Below are positions 12,745-23,850 of a DNA stretch of 35,075 nt, one piece after another (the stretch's first letter is position 1; each line of letters begins with the position of its first letter). Below the pieces are notes generated by a model. That model was not told where the DNA came from. It saw only the letters and a list, made by a program, of their open reading frames with translations, and did not search any database. A program made the translations under genes and the position numbers. The stretch covers positions 45,750,658 through 45,785,732 of the forward strand of contig NC_057719.1 of assembly GCF_004010195.1 (NCBI RefSeq), written 5' to 3'. The stretch is from Chiloscyllium plagiosum. Lineage: Eukaryota.

Positions 12745-14740
12745 TTTAGTATCTCTTGTCAGTTTATTTAACATTTTTTTGCTTGATCCTGGTTGTGATG
12801 CATTTGCATTGATCTACTGTATATACTCTCTTTAAAATCGATCTCATTTTGGCCAAAATATCTGGAATTTCCCATATATGTCATTTAAAGTCAACCCCAG
12901 TTCTTCACAAATAACAGATCAACATTTGTGAGTCAAGGTATTGTCCTGTAAATAAATGCTATGATGAGAAAATACATGTTGTTTATGCTATTATGTGTTT
13001 TGATGTACAATTTGGCACGAAAGTTTAAGATGCATCAGGTGACAACCTCCCTTCGTGAGCAGCTCAGCTGAGCTCAGTTCCTGTGTAGCACTTGTGGAAT
13101 ATAGTCATATACCTAGTTGAGGTTTTTAAATTTCATCATTTTGTGTAAAAAAAATGCCCTCTAGAAGAAACAAAAACTATACAGCAGCACTTAAACTGAA
13201 AGTTAAAGAAATTGCAGAGAAGACAAATACCTGTGTCGCAGCAAGAGAATTTTGTTTCAGAGAAACTTGAGAGAGACTGGAGAAAGATATCAAACCAACT
13301 TCAGAGAAAGCTAAAACGAAAATGTGCCAACAGCGGTAAACCTAGCAAGTAGTCACAATTAGAGAAAAACAATGCTGAGTGGGTACTTGAAAATCATCAA
13401 AAAGGAAAACGAATTAGTCATGAAGCCATCCAAATCCATGCCTGAAATGAATCAAAGAAAGATGGAATTTTGAATTTTAAGGCAAGTGCTGGATGGTGCA
13501 CAGGGTTCATGAGAAGGCATGAATTAGTACTTCAGCAGAGAACGAAGATTGCACAAAAACTCCCTGCTGAACCAAAAGATATTACAGTTTCACCGGTTTG
13601 CAATCAGAAACCGACAAAAGGAAGGCTACAAGTTATCATGCACTGGAAACGTGGACAAAACGCCTCCACATGCTGGAAAATCGAACTGTGAACCGGACAG
13701 GAGAAAAAACAGTATTGGTGAACACCATTGACCATCAGAAAAGCAGATTTCCCTCAGTCCTTTCTTGTTATGGCTGATGACACCATGATAAAACTGATGG
13801 CTGTTTTTAAGAGAAAAACTTTGCCAATGAAGAAATTTCCAAAAGGAATTGTTGTCCATATGCATCCACAAGGCTGGATGGATGAAAATGGATGTAGAAA
13901 ATGGTAAAGGAAATTTGGAATTTATGACCTGGTGCACTACGCAAGGAAAGAGTTTGCTTGTCTGGGACCAGTTTAGACCACATTGTTGCTGGTAACATCT
14001 AATCACATAACACTGACGTAGCTGTAACTCCTGGCAGACTTACAAGTATATGCAACCAACAGATGTTATCAATAATCCCTTTAAGGACATGATGAGAATA
14101 AAGTGGAACAACCGAATGTGTGATGGAGAAGAAAACATACACGAAAGGAGGCTCTAACTACAGACAATGATGATGAAGAAGATCCAAACAATGATATCAT
14201 TCATTCTAATGATTATGAAGCTTTATTCAGTGCTGAAGATGTTGAACAGGGTGAGTTTGCAGGATTTTGGTTAACTTTTTTATTTGACATGTTTAAGATG
14301 TACCATGTAATTGTAATTTAAAGCCGTATTATATTTCTACTTCACTTTTTGTACTTACAAATTAAACTTTATTGATTCATTTTTGTTTCTATTGTCTTTA
14401 TCAGGTAATTACCATAATTTGTTGGGTTTTTTTGGTCTTTATTCATTTTTAGAGATCAATTAGGCTTCTGCTAATGATATAGAATTTTGGACTCGAGCAT
14501 GAGTTTCCACCCCTCAAAAGTAGTATTCATTTAATAGTTGACCACATAAATGTAACCTTAAAAATCAGCCTAAAAAATTCAACTTTTACAGTACTCTGTC
14601 ATCTCTCATCACTGATGCTAAGAAGATCAACTAGATCTCTTCCTTTCATTTCTCCTCTTGTTCACCTCCTCCACCAGCACTTTCAAAGTGAGATCCTGCA
14701 CTTGGCATGATCTACCATTTTAGACTTCTGTGATTGTAGC
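12745..14740 (-). pseudogene. Myb/SANT-like (Harbinger ORF1) remnant split by the pogo element
   Basis: The minus strand gives LKVLVEEVNKRRNE at about 14645-14690. On the other side of the pogo insertion it gives INANA...KKMLNKLTRDTK followed by a gtaaga donor at about 12740-12815. Confidence 0.55.
12817..14591 (+). mobile_element. pogo/Tc2-group (POGK-like) DNA transposon with a disrupted transposase (about 13154-14270)
   Basis: TA|CTGTA...TACAG|TA termini with a TA TSD. Remnants include MPSRRNKNYTAALKLKV (Brinker-type DBD), FKASAGWCTGFMRRH (CENP-B-type HTH), GNVDKTP, FKRKTLP..FPKGIVV..HPQGWMDE, VWDQFRPH and INNPFKD, with many frameshifts and stops. Confidence 0.88.
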
Positions 14741-15111
14741 TGACTGCAGTAAGATCAGAGTTTCTCTTTAAGAGGTGTACGCTATCTCTAAATGGAGACA
14801 GAAATACCTCACATTCTCAAAACTTCTGAACAACTCAACTAATGTTGAAAGCCTGCTATTGTAGAAAAAGATGGCTGGGGACTAAGCACAAGTAAACATG
14901 GGAGGAGTAACTTACTTCATTACTTAAAGCCCATGTGAACACACAATGCACACCAAAGCAGGTTGCCTATTGTATCTCCATCTTCACCATTTGTAAAATC
15001 TTTTGATCTATTCTTTTAAGGTCCAAAGTGATTGAATTTCACATGTGCATGCACAGAAATTCATTTGCCACAAATTTATTCACTTAATCTACCAACATCT
15101 CTTTTTAAATT

Positions 15112-15200
15112 GGAACAAGCACAGAGATTGCTGGAGATACTCAGCAGCTCTGGCAGTATCTGTGGAGAGAGAAACCGAGTTAATGTTTCAAGTCCAGCCT
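15112..15200 (-). mobile_element. Penelope-like terminal fragment
   Basis: Similar to 31035-31100 and 34720-34790 (tgctggaga..ctcagcagctctggcagtatctgtggagagagaa...gtttcaagtc). Confidence 0.55.
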
Positions 15201-16001
15201 AACTCTCCTTCAGAAGAGGCCTCAGCAAATTTTATGCTTCCATCCTCATTGCTTAAAATACAGTCGGTGTCATCAGCAGGTTTGGGTATGTGGCTTACTA
15301 TCATTAATATATACAATGATTTTTAAAATATTTCTGTGGGACGTCGCCAGTCACATTCTGCTAACTAGATAATTTAACCATTAGTCTTACTCTCTGTCTG
15401 ATTCCATTCAGCCAATTTTCTAAGCAGGTCAACGACTTGTCTTCAATTTTATGAGCTTCAAATGTAACTAACACTTTCTGAACTGTAACTAATCTGCAAG
15501 TCCATATAAAAAGGTGAAATGTATTCAAGCATTCAAAGTAAATTTAATAACTTCCATAATATTTCTGACATAAGTAAGCTTCCAAAAGCCCCTCAAATAA
15601 GATTGCAAGTCAAACAGTAAAACATCAGCTAAAACTGAGCAAACTCACAATTTAAAAATAGTTTTTAAAGTTGACAAAGGAAGAAACAAGCTGAATAGAG
15701 CTCAAGAATGAGTACCAAAGAATAAGAGGCAGTTGGCTGAAAGCGACACTGTTGATTGATTGTTCATGGAGGGTCAGAAAGTGCACAATGCCAGAATCAC
15801 AGGCACAGTGAGGATGCAGAAGCTTAAAGTGGTAAGGCCAGAGGGAAGGAAATCATTGCTATGGAAACATAGGTAATGTTGCATGGGAAGAATTTGCCAG
15901 AGGAAATCAGCAAGAAAGGAACTGGAGGTTAGATGAGCAGAATTCTGTGCAGTACCGGATGCAGAAAATGAAGTTTCAAATCATCAAAATAAATGACGTA
16001 C

Positions 16002-16062
16002 CCCTCCAGCAGGTCTGTAGCCTACAGTGACATCTGCTGGCACATTAGGATGTAGCTGGATC
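16002..16062 (-). CDS. TXNDC16: TXNDC16 internal coding exon (61 nt), IQLHPNVPADVTVGYRPAGG
   Basis: Acceptor ttcaacag, donor GGG|gtacgt. It has exactly the phase (2 to 0) needed to join its neighbours, and NVPAD aligns with recalled human NIPQD. Confidence 0.85.
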
Positions 16063-16560
16063 CTGTTGAAGTTGAATGTAATCACTTACAAAAATAATTT
16101 TAAACATTCATAATAAAAGCTCTATAAATCAAATTTATAGCAGAGATAATGAATGACTAGCTAAATAAACATTTATAATAATTGTCATTCTGCTGATTTA
16201 GTTGTAATTTTAAAGTATCATGCCTTCATTTGTATTATGAGATCCTACAGTAAATTTTAAAATTTTAAACATCTTCAGGCAGGTCTTCCACAACAGAAAG
16301 GACAAAACTATCATGTTCAATAGCATCTCAAAGCTGTGGGGATGTCTATCCTCGGATTGAGAAAAATGTAATAGTTTGGAGATGAGAAGATTGTGCAACA
16401 ATAAATAAAACATCTCAATTTTAACGAAAGGCACTCACTTAAATCCAACTTAAGTTTCAGAATAGAGAAAAAAAATCACTGTTTGAGAAAGACCTTAGTT
16501 TTTTATCATTCTTTTACAAAATTATTTTTCTTATAAAACTGAAGTTATTCTGAATATTAC

Positions 16561-16727
16561 CTTGACACTAATACAACTCCTGCGCTTCCCAGTAGCTGCC
16601 ATGCGACAGATTCGGCAGTTATTCTGTCATGTTCATAGGTTTCTCTTTGTGTAAAAAGAAACACAATTGGCAGCTTTAACTGTACATGAATTGTAGATAC
16701 TTCCTCTGGTGGAAGATTAATCTCTGC
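16561..16727 (-). CDS. TXNDC16: TXNDC16 internal coding exon (167 nt), AEINLPPEEVSTIHVQLKLPIVFLFTQRETYEHDRITAESVAWQLLGSAGVVLVS(R)
   Basis: Acceptor ttttcag, donor AAG|gtaata. Matches recalled human '[50 protein letters not shown]'. Confidence 0.96.
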
Positions 16728-16908
16728 CTGAAAATTTGGAAAAAATTGAATTCTAAATAAGACACGACTTGGAATATACTTATTATGCATAAATACTTTT
16801 TAAGCTCTTTGGGTGGAATTCTGTCCTTTCTGAAGGTGGCAGCTAGGGCAAATAATTGGATGAGTTGACCCCACTGAGATATTCATCCCCTCCTTGCCAC
16901 CTCAGCAA

Positions 16909-17672
16909 TTAAGTTCTGGGCAAGAACATCCAGGGCGATCTTCTCAAAACGTCACCAACGAAGGCCTTAACTGGTCAATTTGACACAATTGGCATAAGGG
17001 CCTCAACATGCCTGCTCCCAAACTACCTGCCATCCCAGCAAGACAGAAAGGTGGATAGTTTCCCAACTGGGCAACTGACCTGCTGGGTTTGGAGAGGCCC
17101 TGTGACTACAGCATGTATGTGGGCAAAGGTGTTACCTCTGAGAGGGACTGCCCTTGCCTCTGACTCTACGCCCACTGATTATCACTCCATGACAAGAAGA
17201 TTAAAAACAAAGTACTTTCTTGCAAACCCTTGATTAGCAAATCTCGACCAGCAGTCTTTAGGGCCAAGATGCTGCCAGTCTCTGATTTGACCAACAATTT
17301 CTGATGACACAGGATGCCAATGACAAGGCATGTGACAGGAAATAAAGCTTACCTAATCTCTGCCTGTCAGCTCTTAGCAAATGAGCAAATGAGCAAATTA
17401 GCATAATTAAGAATGTTCTCTCAACAATGGGTGGATGATGTGTTAGTGGACATCTAACACATGATTTCAGCTGCCCCTGCTTTCGGCAGTCATAGGGCCT
17501 CTCCAAACCCAGCAGGTCACTTGCCCAGTTGGGGAACTATCCAACTTTCTGTCTTGCTGGGATGGCAGGTAGTCTTGAGGCCACTGTACCAATTGTGCCA
17601 AATTGATCAGTTAGGGCCTTTGTTGGTGACATTTTGAGAATATCGCCCTGGACGTTCTTGCCCAGAATTTAA
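16909..17672. repeat. long inverted repeat, arms 16909-17107 and 17488-17672
   Basis: The reverse complement of the right arm aligns to the left arm end to end, roughly 90% identical by eye apart from one ~14-nt indel. Confidence 0.95.
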
Positions 17673-17898
17673 CAAAAATGGAAGATATCATACTCTATTT
17701 TCTCTTTTGGAAGTCTGTGTTTCTGGCTTAGGTTATGATAAAATGTGCACAACCTTGGCAGGGTCCAGTTTCTCAGTGTTTTCCATTCAGGCAATCAACC
17801 TTTATAAAATTAGTTGGACAGAAACACCATAGATATTGGTTTAAAAATACATGAAATTTTTATATCAGTGAATCCAATTTAATAAATACTTTTCTCAC

Positions 17899-18055
17899 CA
17901 CTAGCGGAGCCTCCAATATCTTAAGGTAGGAATGTATATTCACAGTAGTTAGTGGCTGTTTAAAATAGGTCCTCTTACATGGCTGATTCCTATCGGTAAC
18001 CATCTTGCAATGGCAGAACCAGAGTCTGGCTGAAAACGTATCTGGATCTTTCAGG
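17899..18055 (-). CDS. TXNDC16: TXNDC16 internal coding exon (157 nt), LKDPDTFSARLWFCHCKMVTDRNQPCKRTYFKQPLTTVNIHSYLKILEAPLV
   Basis: Acceptor tgtag, donor GTG|gtgaga. Matches recalled human '[44 protein letters not shown]'. Lies inside ORF 17860..18093. Confidence 0.95.
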
Positions 18056-18410
18056 CTACATAATAAGATTAAAAGAAAGTCAAAACATTGCAATTAATGA
18101 GGCACAAAGGTGTTTTAGAATAAATACAGTGTTCTTGCAATGCACAGATCACGTAAGGGACAACATCAACATAAAAATAGCCTTCTATGGTATTTCTTAC
18201 ATCGGTCAATGTAAAGTGGAAGATGGCATGTGAATAGGCAGCAACTAGATATATAAAATCATAGTTTCTCCTGTTAATTTCTAATAGCTCTTGTTTGAAG
18301 CAAAAGGCAGAAATACCAGACCCTGGACTGGAAGAAACTGGAACCACCCATGGTCCATTCCTATGTATCAACCTGCATATCAAAAGCTGAGGCTGTTATT
18401 CTATTATTAA

Positions 18411-19193
18411 ACTGAATTGAATTGAATAGTTTATTATTACTTGCATTTTACAGAGAATAACAGTGAAAAACATCAAATGTCACCATAATCCAGGGCCATT
18501 TGAATAGTTTAAGAATAAAAAGATATAATTAAAAGAGAGTCTATTATCATTCCATTGCCTCCACTGCAGAGCCAGCTCACCAGCTACACCTGCATCTCTA
18601 TCCCTCCTCTGCTGACTCATCACCATCTGTGTCAGACTCTCCAACGTATATGTCATCACTCTTTTAACACCATGTTTTCACCACTGAGCCAACTCGTTGA
18701 TGCCAAGTCCCACACTGAATCCACACACAGCCCGCAAGACACCGACTTCACCACCAACACCACCTTGCCGACAACCCCAAGTCTCCACTTCAGACCTGCA
18801 GTGACCATAACCAGGGATCCCTGATCCCACTGCCAGCCAGGCTGCCGCTGCCTCACCAAGGGTCCTGCTCCAGCCACCCTCTTCCCACGTCGCCCGGCCA
18901 GCGCCGCCATCTTGGAAGATCTACTGCTGCCAATGCCTCTGATCGCTGGAGGAACTTTGCAGCCGACCCTGAATACCAGGAGGACCAATCTCCGGGGGAA
19001 GTCGTGTTGGCCAACATCACCTCCAAACAGTGCTGCGCTGATGCTGCCAATTAACACGCCACAAAAGGCTTTGGAGCAAAGAAAAACAAATGAAAAAGCA
19101 AAAGATAAAAAGGAGCAGAAGTATAAAGGAAAAAAAGGAAGCAAGTGGGAGCAGATGAGCCCCAGACAGCCCTGCCACTCCACTGCCATCTTG
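18411..19193 (-). mobile_element. non-autonomous non-LTR retroposon with a (TTCAA)n tail
   Basis: GC-rich island starting CAAGATGGCAG on the minus strand (second CAAGATGGCG at about 18905) and ending in TTGAA repeats at 18413-18426. No recognisable coding motif. Confidence 0.5.
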
Positions 19194-19769
19194 AAAATCT
19201 GACTAATTAACATTTGACTAATTAGTTTGGCATTATTAGTCACTATAATCTCCAAGCAAACAAACTGCTGAGCCAAGGAATGCCAGACATTTGTGTGGGG
19301 GAGGGACTCTGCAACAGGAGCTGCCCTCACTTCCCTGATCGATCCAGTTATGTGGAAACAGCATTGTAATACACAACCTCCCCAAGACTGAATCCATTCA
19401 AGGCAGGATCTGGTAGGCAGATCCCAGTATTATATCAGGATCCAAAGCCCAAAATTTACCATAGCACTTTTCGAAAGTTAGACCATCTCTGACATGGTTT
19501 ACGGTTAGTTTGGGACCTGGAGTAACTGCTGTCTAAGCCTGACAACTATTACTAACTTGACGCAAAACTGCACAGTTTACTAAAGCGTTCTGTATCTCAA
19601 GATGAACAGAAGGATAAAAAACTAAACCTTCAAATATTCATCATAGGTATTGGATTTACTTGTAACAATGTCTTACCAACTCTTTAAAAAAGCAATTCAT
19701 TCTTCACTTCCAGAGATCAAATTCTATCTGACCATCTCCAGCTTCATACAAAGTAAGTTGGAGTACAAG

Positions 19770-20995
19770 GGTTTTTTTTATGTTGTTCATGTAACATGGA
19801 CATTGCTGGCTCAGTCCATATTTATTGTTTATCTCTAATTGCCTTGCAAAGATGGTGGCAAGTTCAATTCTTGAACCACTGCAGTCCTTGGAATGTAGGT
19901 ATACCTGCAGAGCTGTTGGCAATTTTGACCCCATGGCAGTGAAGGAACAGCAATACAGATCTATATCTGGATGGTATGTGGCTTGGAGGGAAACCTGTTG
20001 GTAATGCTGTTCCCATGCATCTGCTGCTCCTACCTTTCTGGGTGCTAGAGATTGCCGAAGAAGACTTGGTGAGTTGTTTCAGCACATCTTGTAAATGGTG
20101 CATACTGTTGCACTGTGCATCAGTGTTGAAGCTGTTGACTGTCAAATGTAGTGGATGCAATGCCAATCAAGCAGGCTGTTTTATCCAAAATAGTGTCGAG
20201 CTTCTCGAGAGCTTTTGGAATTTTACCCATCCAGACAAAAGGAGAGTATTCCATCCCCCTCCTAATTTACTCCTTGTAAATGGGAGACAAGCACTGGGGA
20301 GTAAGGAGGTGAATTACTCACTGCAAAATTCCTAGCCTCTGACCTGATCTAGTGCCTAATATTTATATGCCTGGCTCAGTTCAGTTTGGGGTCAATTACT
20401 TGAAAGTGGAGGATTCAGAGTTGCCATTGGACAGCAAGGGGAAACTGTGAGATTATCTCTTGTTGGACAGGGTCATCTTCTACTCCTCAGTCAAAAGGTG
20501 TGGCACTGGAAAAGCACAGCCGGTCATGTAGCATCTGAGGAGCAGGAGATTTGACATTTCGAGCATAAGCTTATATTCGATACGTCGACTCTCCTCCTCA
20601 GATGCTGCCTGACCGGCTATGCTTTTCCAGCACCACATTTTTTGACTCTGATCTCCAACAGCTGCAGACCTCACTTTCTCCAATTGTCAAGTACTCATTG
20701 TGCAGTGAAAAATTTGCTTGCCACTGATCAGCCCAGGTATTGCTATGTACGAACGGAATGCTTCAGTATCAGAGGAGTTGTGAATGGTGTTGAATATTGT
20801 GCAGCTATCAACAAATGCCCCCACTTCTGACTTCATCATAAACAGAAGGTTATAATTCCGGAACAATCTATTGAATTCAAATTTAATCATCTGTCATGAT
20901 CAGATTTTAACCCTTGTCCCATCATTAGCCTGGTCCTCTGGATTATGAGATTACGAATCCAGAAACATTATCACTATTCTACCACTTTACCCCAT
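19770..20995 (-). mobile_element. old LINE-derived element (RT C-terminal remnant plus tRNA-like head), interrupted at 20490-20680
   Basis: ORF 20687..20890 'SEVGAFVDSCTIFNTIHNSSDTEA' is a decayed FADD RT motif. A SINE-like head lies immediately 5' at about 20870-20995. Confidence 0.65.
20490..20680. mobile_element. Penelope-derived fold-back (hairpin) mini-element
   Basis: 20490-20568 and 20569-20646 are inverted copies centred on ATAAGCTTAT. The arms match the PLE terminus at 34707-34795. Confidence 0.8.
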
Positions 20996-21900
20996 GTTAT
21001 GAAATCTGAAACATAAGACTACATCTGTGTTTTTAAAGTGCAATGTCTCAATACTGTAAATTGGGGCATCCTGTTTACAACTCACCTTCCAAAGTTCACA
21101 ATATAAAGTTTCCTTTTTCCCATTTGAAAAAAATATTGTTTTGCTTCTGGAGCAGAACACTCTGAACAGAGGTTACACTTCACATAATGGATTTGTAATG
21201 TGTTTCAGTTGTAAATACCTTATTTACTACAGATTTTTATTGCATGATAATTCATGGGTGAAGTTTGAAAAATGCCTTAATGGCCAATCCCCAGTAAATT
21301 AAATACAGAAATTAAACTGTCAAAATCCAAATTGCCCTAGTCCCCCCATATAGGCATCTCAAATACAAGGAAGAGCACTGCAGTACTTGTATAATAACTA
21401 CTCGCAGAACTTGCCATTCAAGGTTAGAGTTTATCTGCACCATTGTAAGTACATTTTAAATGGAATAATAAGTTTTAATTACTTTTTGGCACCCAAATTT
21501 ACATGTGCTGATTATCACTGACAGATTTTAGGTATTTTTGGAGGTTTCGGTAATTATTCACAATTCAAATGTTTTACTTTGTCTTATTCTTTTAATCCTA
21601 AATTTCCTTCCTTCTCTTTATTAGTGTTCTATAAACAAGATTATACTGAATTCAAGTTTCCAATTAAAGACACCTTCTGGCATTTTATACTCTGCATATT
21701 TAACTAAACTTTCTTTGATCTGATTAGTTAGAGAAATGCTTCCTTTGTCTACACAGACCACAAAGAGCTTATGCTAGACTGAAATGGATTTCTAATCACT
21801 GCAAGTTTCAGTGTGAAAGCCCAGAGAAAATCTGTGGTTAGTATAATGGTAATGAATGGTGTCCATTTGACACTGACTACAAAAGGGGCCAAGGTAATTT

Positions 21901-22211
21901 TAGATTAGATTAGATTGCTTACAGTGTGGAAACAGGCCCTTCAGCCCAACAAGTCCACACCAACCCTCCGAAGAGCAACCCACCCAGACCCAGTCCCCTA
22001 CATTTACCCCTTCACCTAACACTATGGGCAATTTAGCATGGCCAATTCACCTAACTTGCACATTTTTGGACTGTGGGAGGAAACCAGAGCACCCGGAGGA
22101 AGCCCACGCAGACACTGGGAGAATGTGCAAACTCCACACAGACAGTTGCCTGAGGCAGGAATTGAACCCGGGTCTCTGGCGCTGTGAGGCAGCAGTGCTA
22201 ACCATTGTGCC
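21901..22211 (-). mobile_element. HE1-like tRNA-derived V-SINE, near full length
   Basis: tRNA-like head (GGCACAATGGTTAGCAC...GGTTCAATTCC), V-domain core (tgtgtggagtttgcacattctccc...ggtttcctcccacagtccaaa), CR1-type tail and (AATCT)n end. AATTT occurs on both flanks. Confidence 0.92.
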
Positions 22212-22269
22212 AATTTGCTGCATTATAAGTTTATTAACACTGCTTTTCCAATTTTAGGTCCATACTTAC

Positions 22270-22360
22270 TCCATGCCTTCCAAAACACTTTGCTCTGTGG
22301 TCAATACAAACTGATACTTAGCACCATAAACAAAAGCAGTTTCCATAATGGCTCTATGTT
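22270..22360 (-). CDS. TXNDC16: TXNDC16 internal coding exon (91 nt), [29 protein letters not shown](D)
   Basis: Acceptor tttcag, donor GA|gtaagt. Matches recalled human '[29 protein letters not shown]'. Confidence 0.96.
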
Positions 22361-22760
22361 CTGAAATGAATCATAAATAATACATTAAGTATACAAATGC
22401 ACACAATAATCATCATACTGAAAACAAAAAATGGGTATTTAGAGACTAAGAAGCATACTATTATTTCCCTAGCTCAATACTACTGATATATCTTGTCTAG
22501 TGCATACTATATTAGCTAAAGAACAGACTGGCAGAGTAAAAATATCAATTCCAAGGTCAGTTTTTTGCGAAGATTTAACCATAATTTTTAAGCAATGCAT
22601 TAAGACACAAAAAACATTATTCAGATGACAAAAGTAATCACCTTTTTGTAAAACATGTAAATTTCACATCTTCTTCAAAAATTTACTAATGGGCAAAATT
22701 TCAAAAAGAAAGAAACAGCAGGGAATAAAAATAGCTTGATTAGTAATGGATACAAGTCAG

Positions 22761-23290
22761 TGTTATCATTCCATGAGCACACTTTCAAGTGAAACAATGA
22801 GTAATGATTAGAGGTAGGCATTTCGATGTTCACCAGTTTCATCCTCTTAGGAAGTGCCTTTATTTCAGTTTGTGGAATCTCAAGTTTGTGAGAGTTTACT
22901 AAGTCTGCAAAGTTGTGAGAGTTTGTTTATAAGTTTTCAAGCTGTCAGAACAGCACTGATTTAGGTAATCAGACCTGGAAAGGATCATAAAGATCATCAA
23001 AACTGGAAAGTCAGTTTGATAAGAATTTAAAGAGTTAAAATCAGAGTGATACTTTAGTATTAATTATCTGGGAAATAAGTTGAATCATTCTTTTTGCTGA
23101 TGATAAGATCTTTCTGTATTTTTGTCTCTTTAGTGCGCTCTTTTTGTTAAAGAGTATTTACAAGTTTATGTAAATATGTTCCATGACTAGCCGTCACAGT
23201 AATCAACAGTGAAAATAAAATGATATGTCCAGCCAGGTTTCACTCTAGTATGTGACATGCCCGGTGCATTCATCATCTGGAAATGTAACA
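22761..23290 (+). mobile_element. possible solo LTR
   Basis: TGTTA...TAACA termini and AATAAA at about 23214. The flanks show no TSD. Confidence 0.4.
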
Positions 23291-23483
23291 GGAGAAAGAG
23301 AACAAGGATGGATTAAAGTACTACAGCGGGACAAATGCGTAGATAAGGAATCCATTTTTTGTGTTATTCTGACTCCACTGAGGTATGGTATTTCCAAAGA
23401 GCTTGCCCACAGAGGGGTTATGCACCATATGGAACATCATGGAGATGTTGAGGAAAGCACTGTTATGAAGGAGGCAGAAGGGC

Positions 23484-23580
23484 TCCTGATGAAGGGCTTT
23501 TGACCGAAACGCCAATTTTCCTGCTCCTCGGATGCTGCCTGACCTGCATTGCTTTTCCAGCACCAGTCTAATCTTGACTG
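23484..23580 (+). mobile_element. Penelope-like terminal fragment with a degenerate hammerhead core
   Basis: CTGATGA-AGGGCTTTTGACC-GAAAC at 23486-23510, followed by sequence matching the reverse complement of 34720-34780. Confidence 0.75.
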
Positions 23581-23850
23581 TTATGAAGGATGTCATCAAT
23601 GAATCTACCTAAGGTTATCTTTGTGCAGGAGCAGTGTGGATAATATCAATCAGAAGTGACAAAGAGGTTTCACCAACTCTGGCTAAAACAGGGTGTTGTA
23701 TAGAATAATATTATAAAAAGTGGACACTAAAATAATTAAAATTTACTAATCAATTCCTTAGAATTAATCATTCTTCTCAGAATCTCTGTGCCTTCTGGCA
23801 GAGTACAAAACAAATACACTAAACTTAAAGTTAACTTGTTTTAACAATAC

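Noticed and set aside
18656..19330. Longest ORF in the track (224 aa, minus strand) as a novel gene
   Set aside because: It crosses the boundary of a GC-rich repeat, is low-complexity with no recognisable domain, and lies in a TXNDC16 intron.
22022..22257. ORFs 'MAQWLALLPHSARD...' and its antisense, or a tRNA gene
   Set aside because: They lie within the HE1-like SINE. The tRNA-like part is a SINE head without a full cloverleaf.
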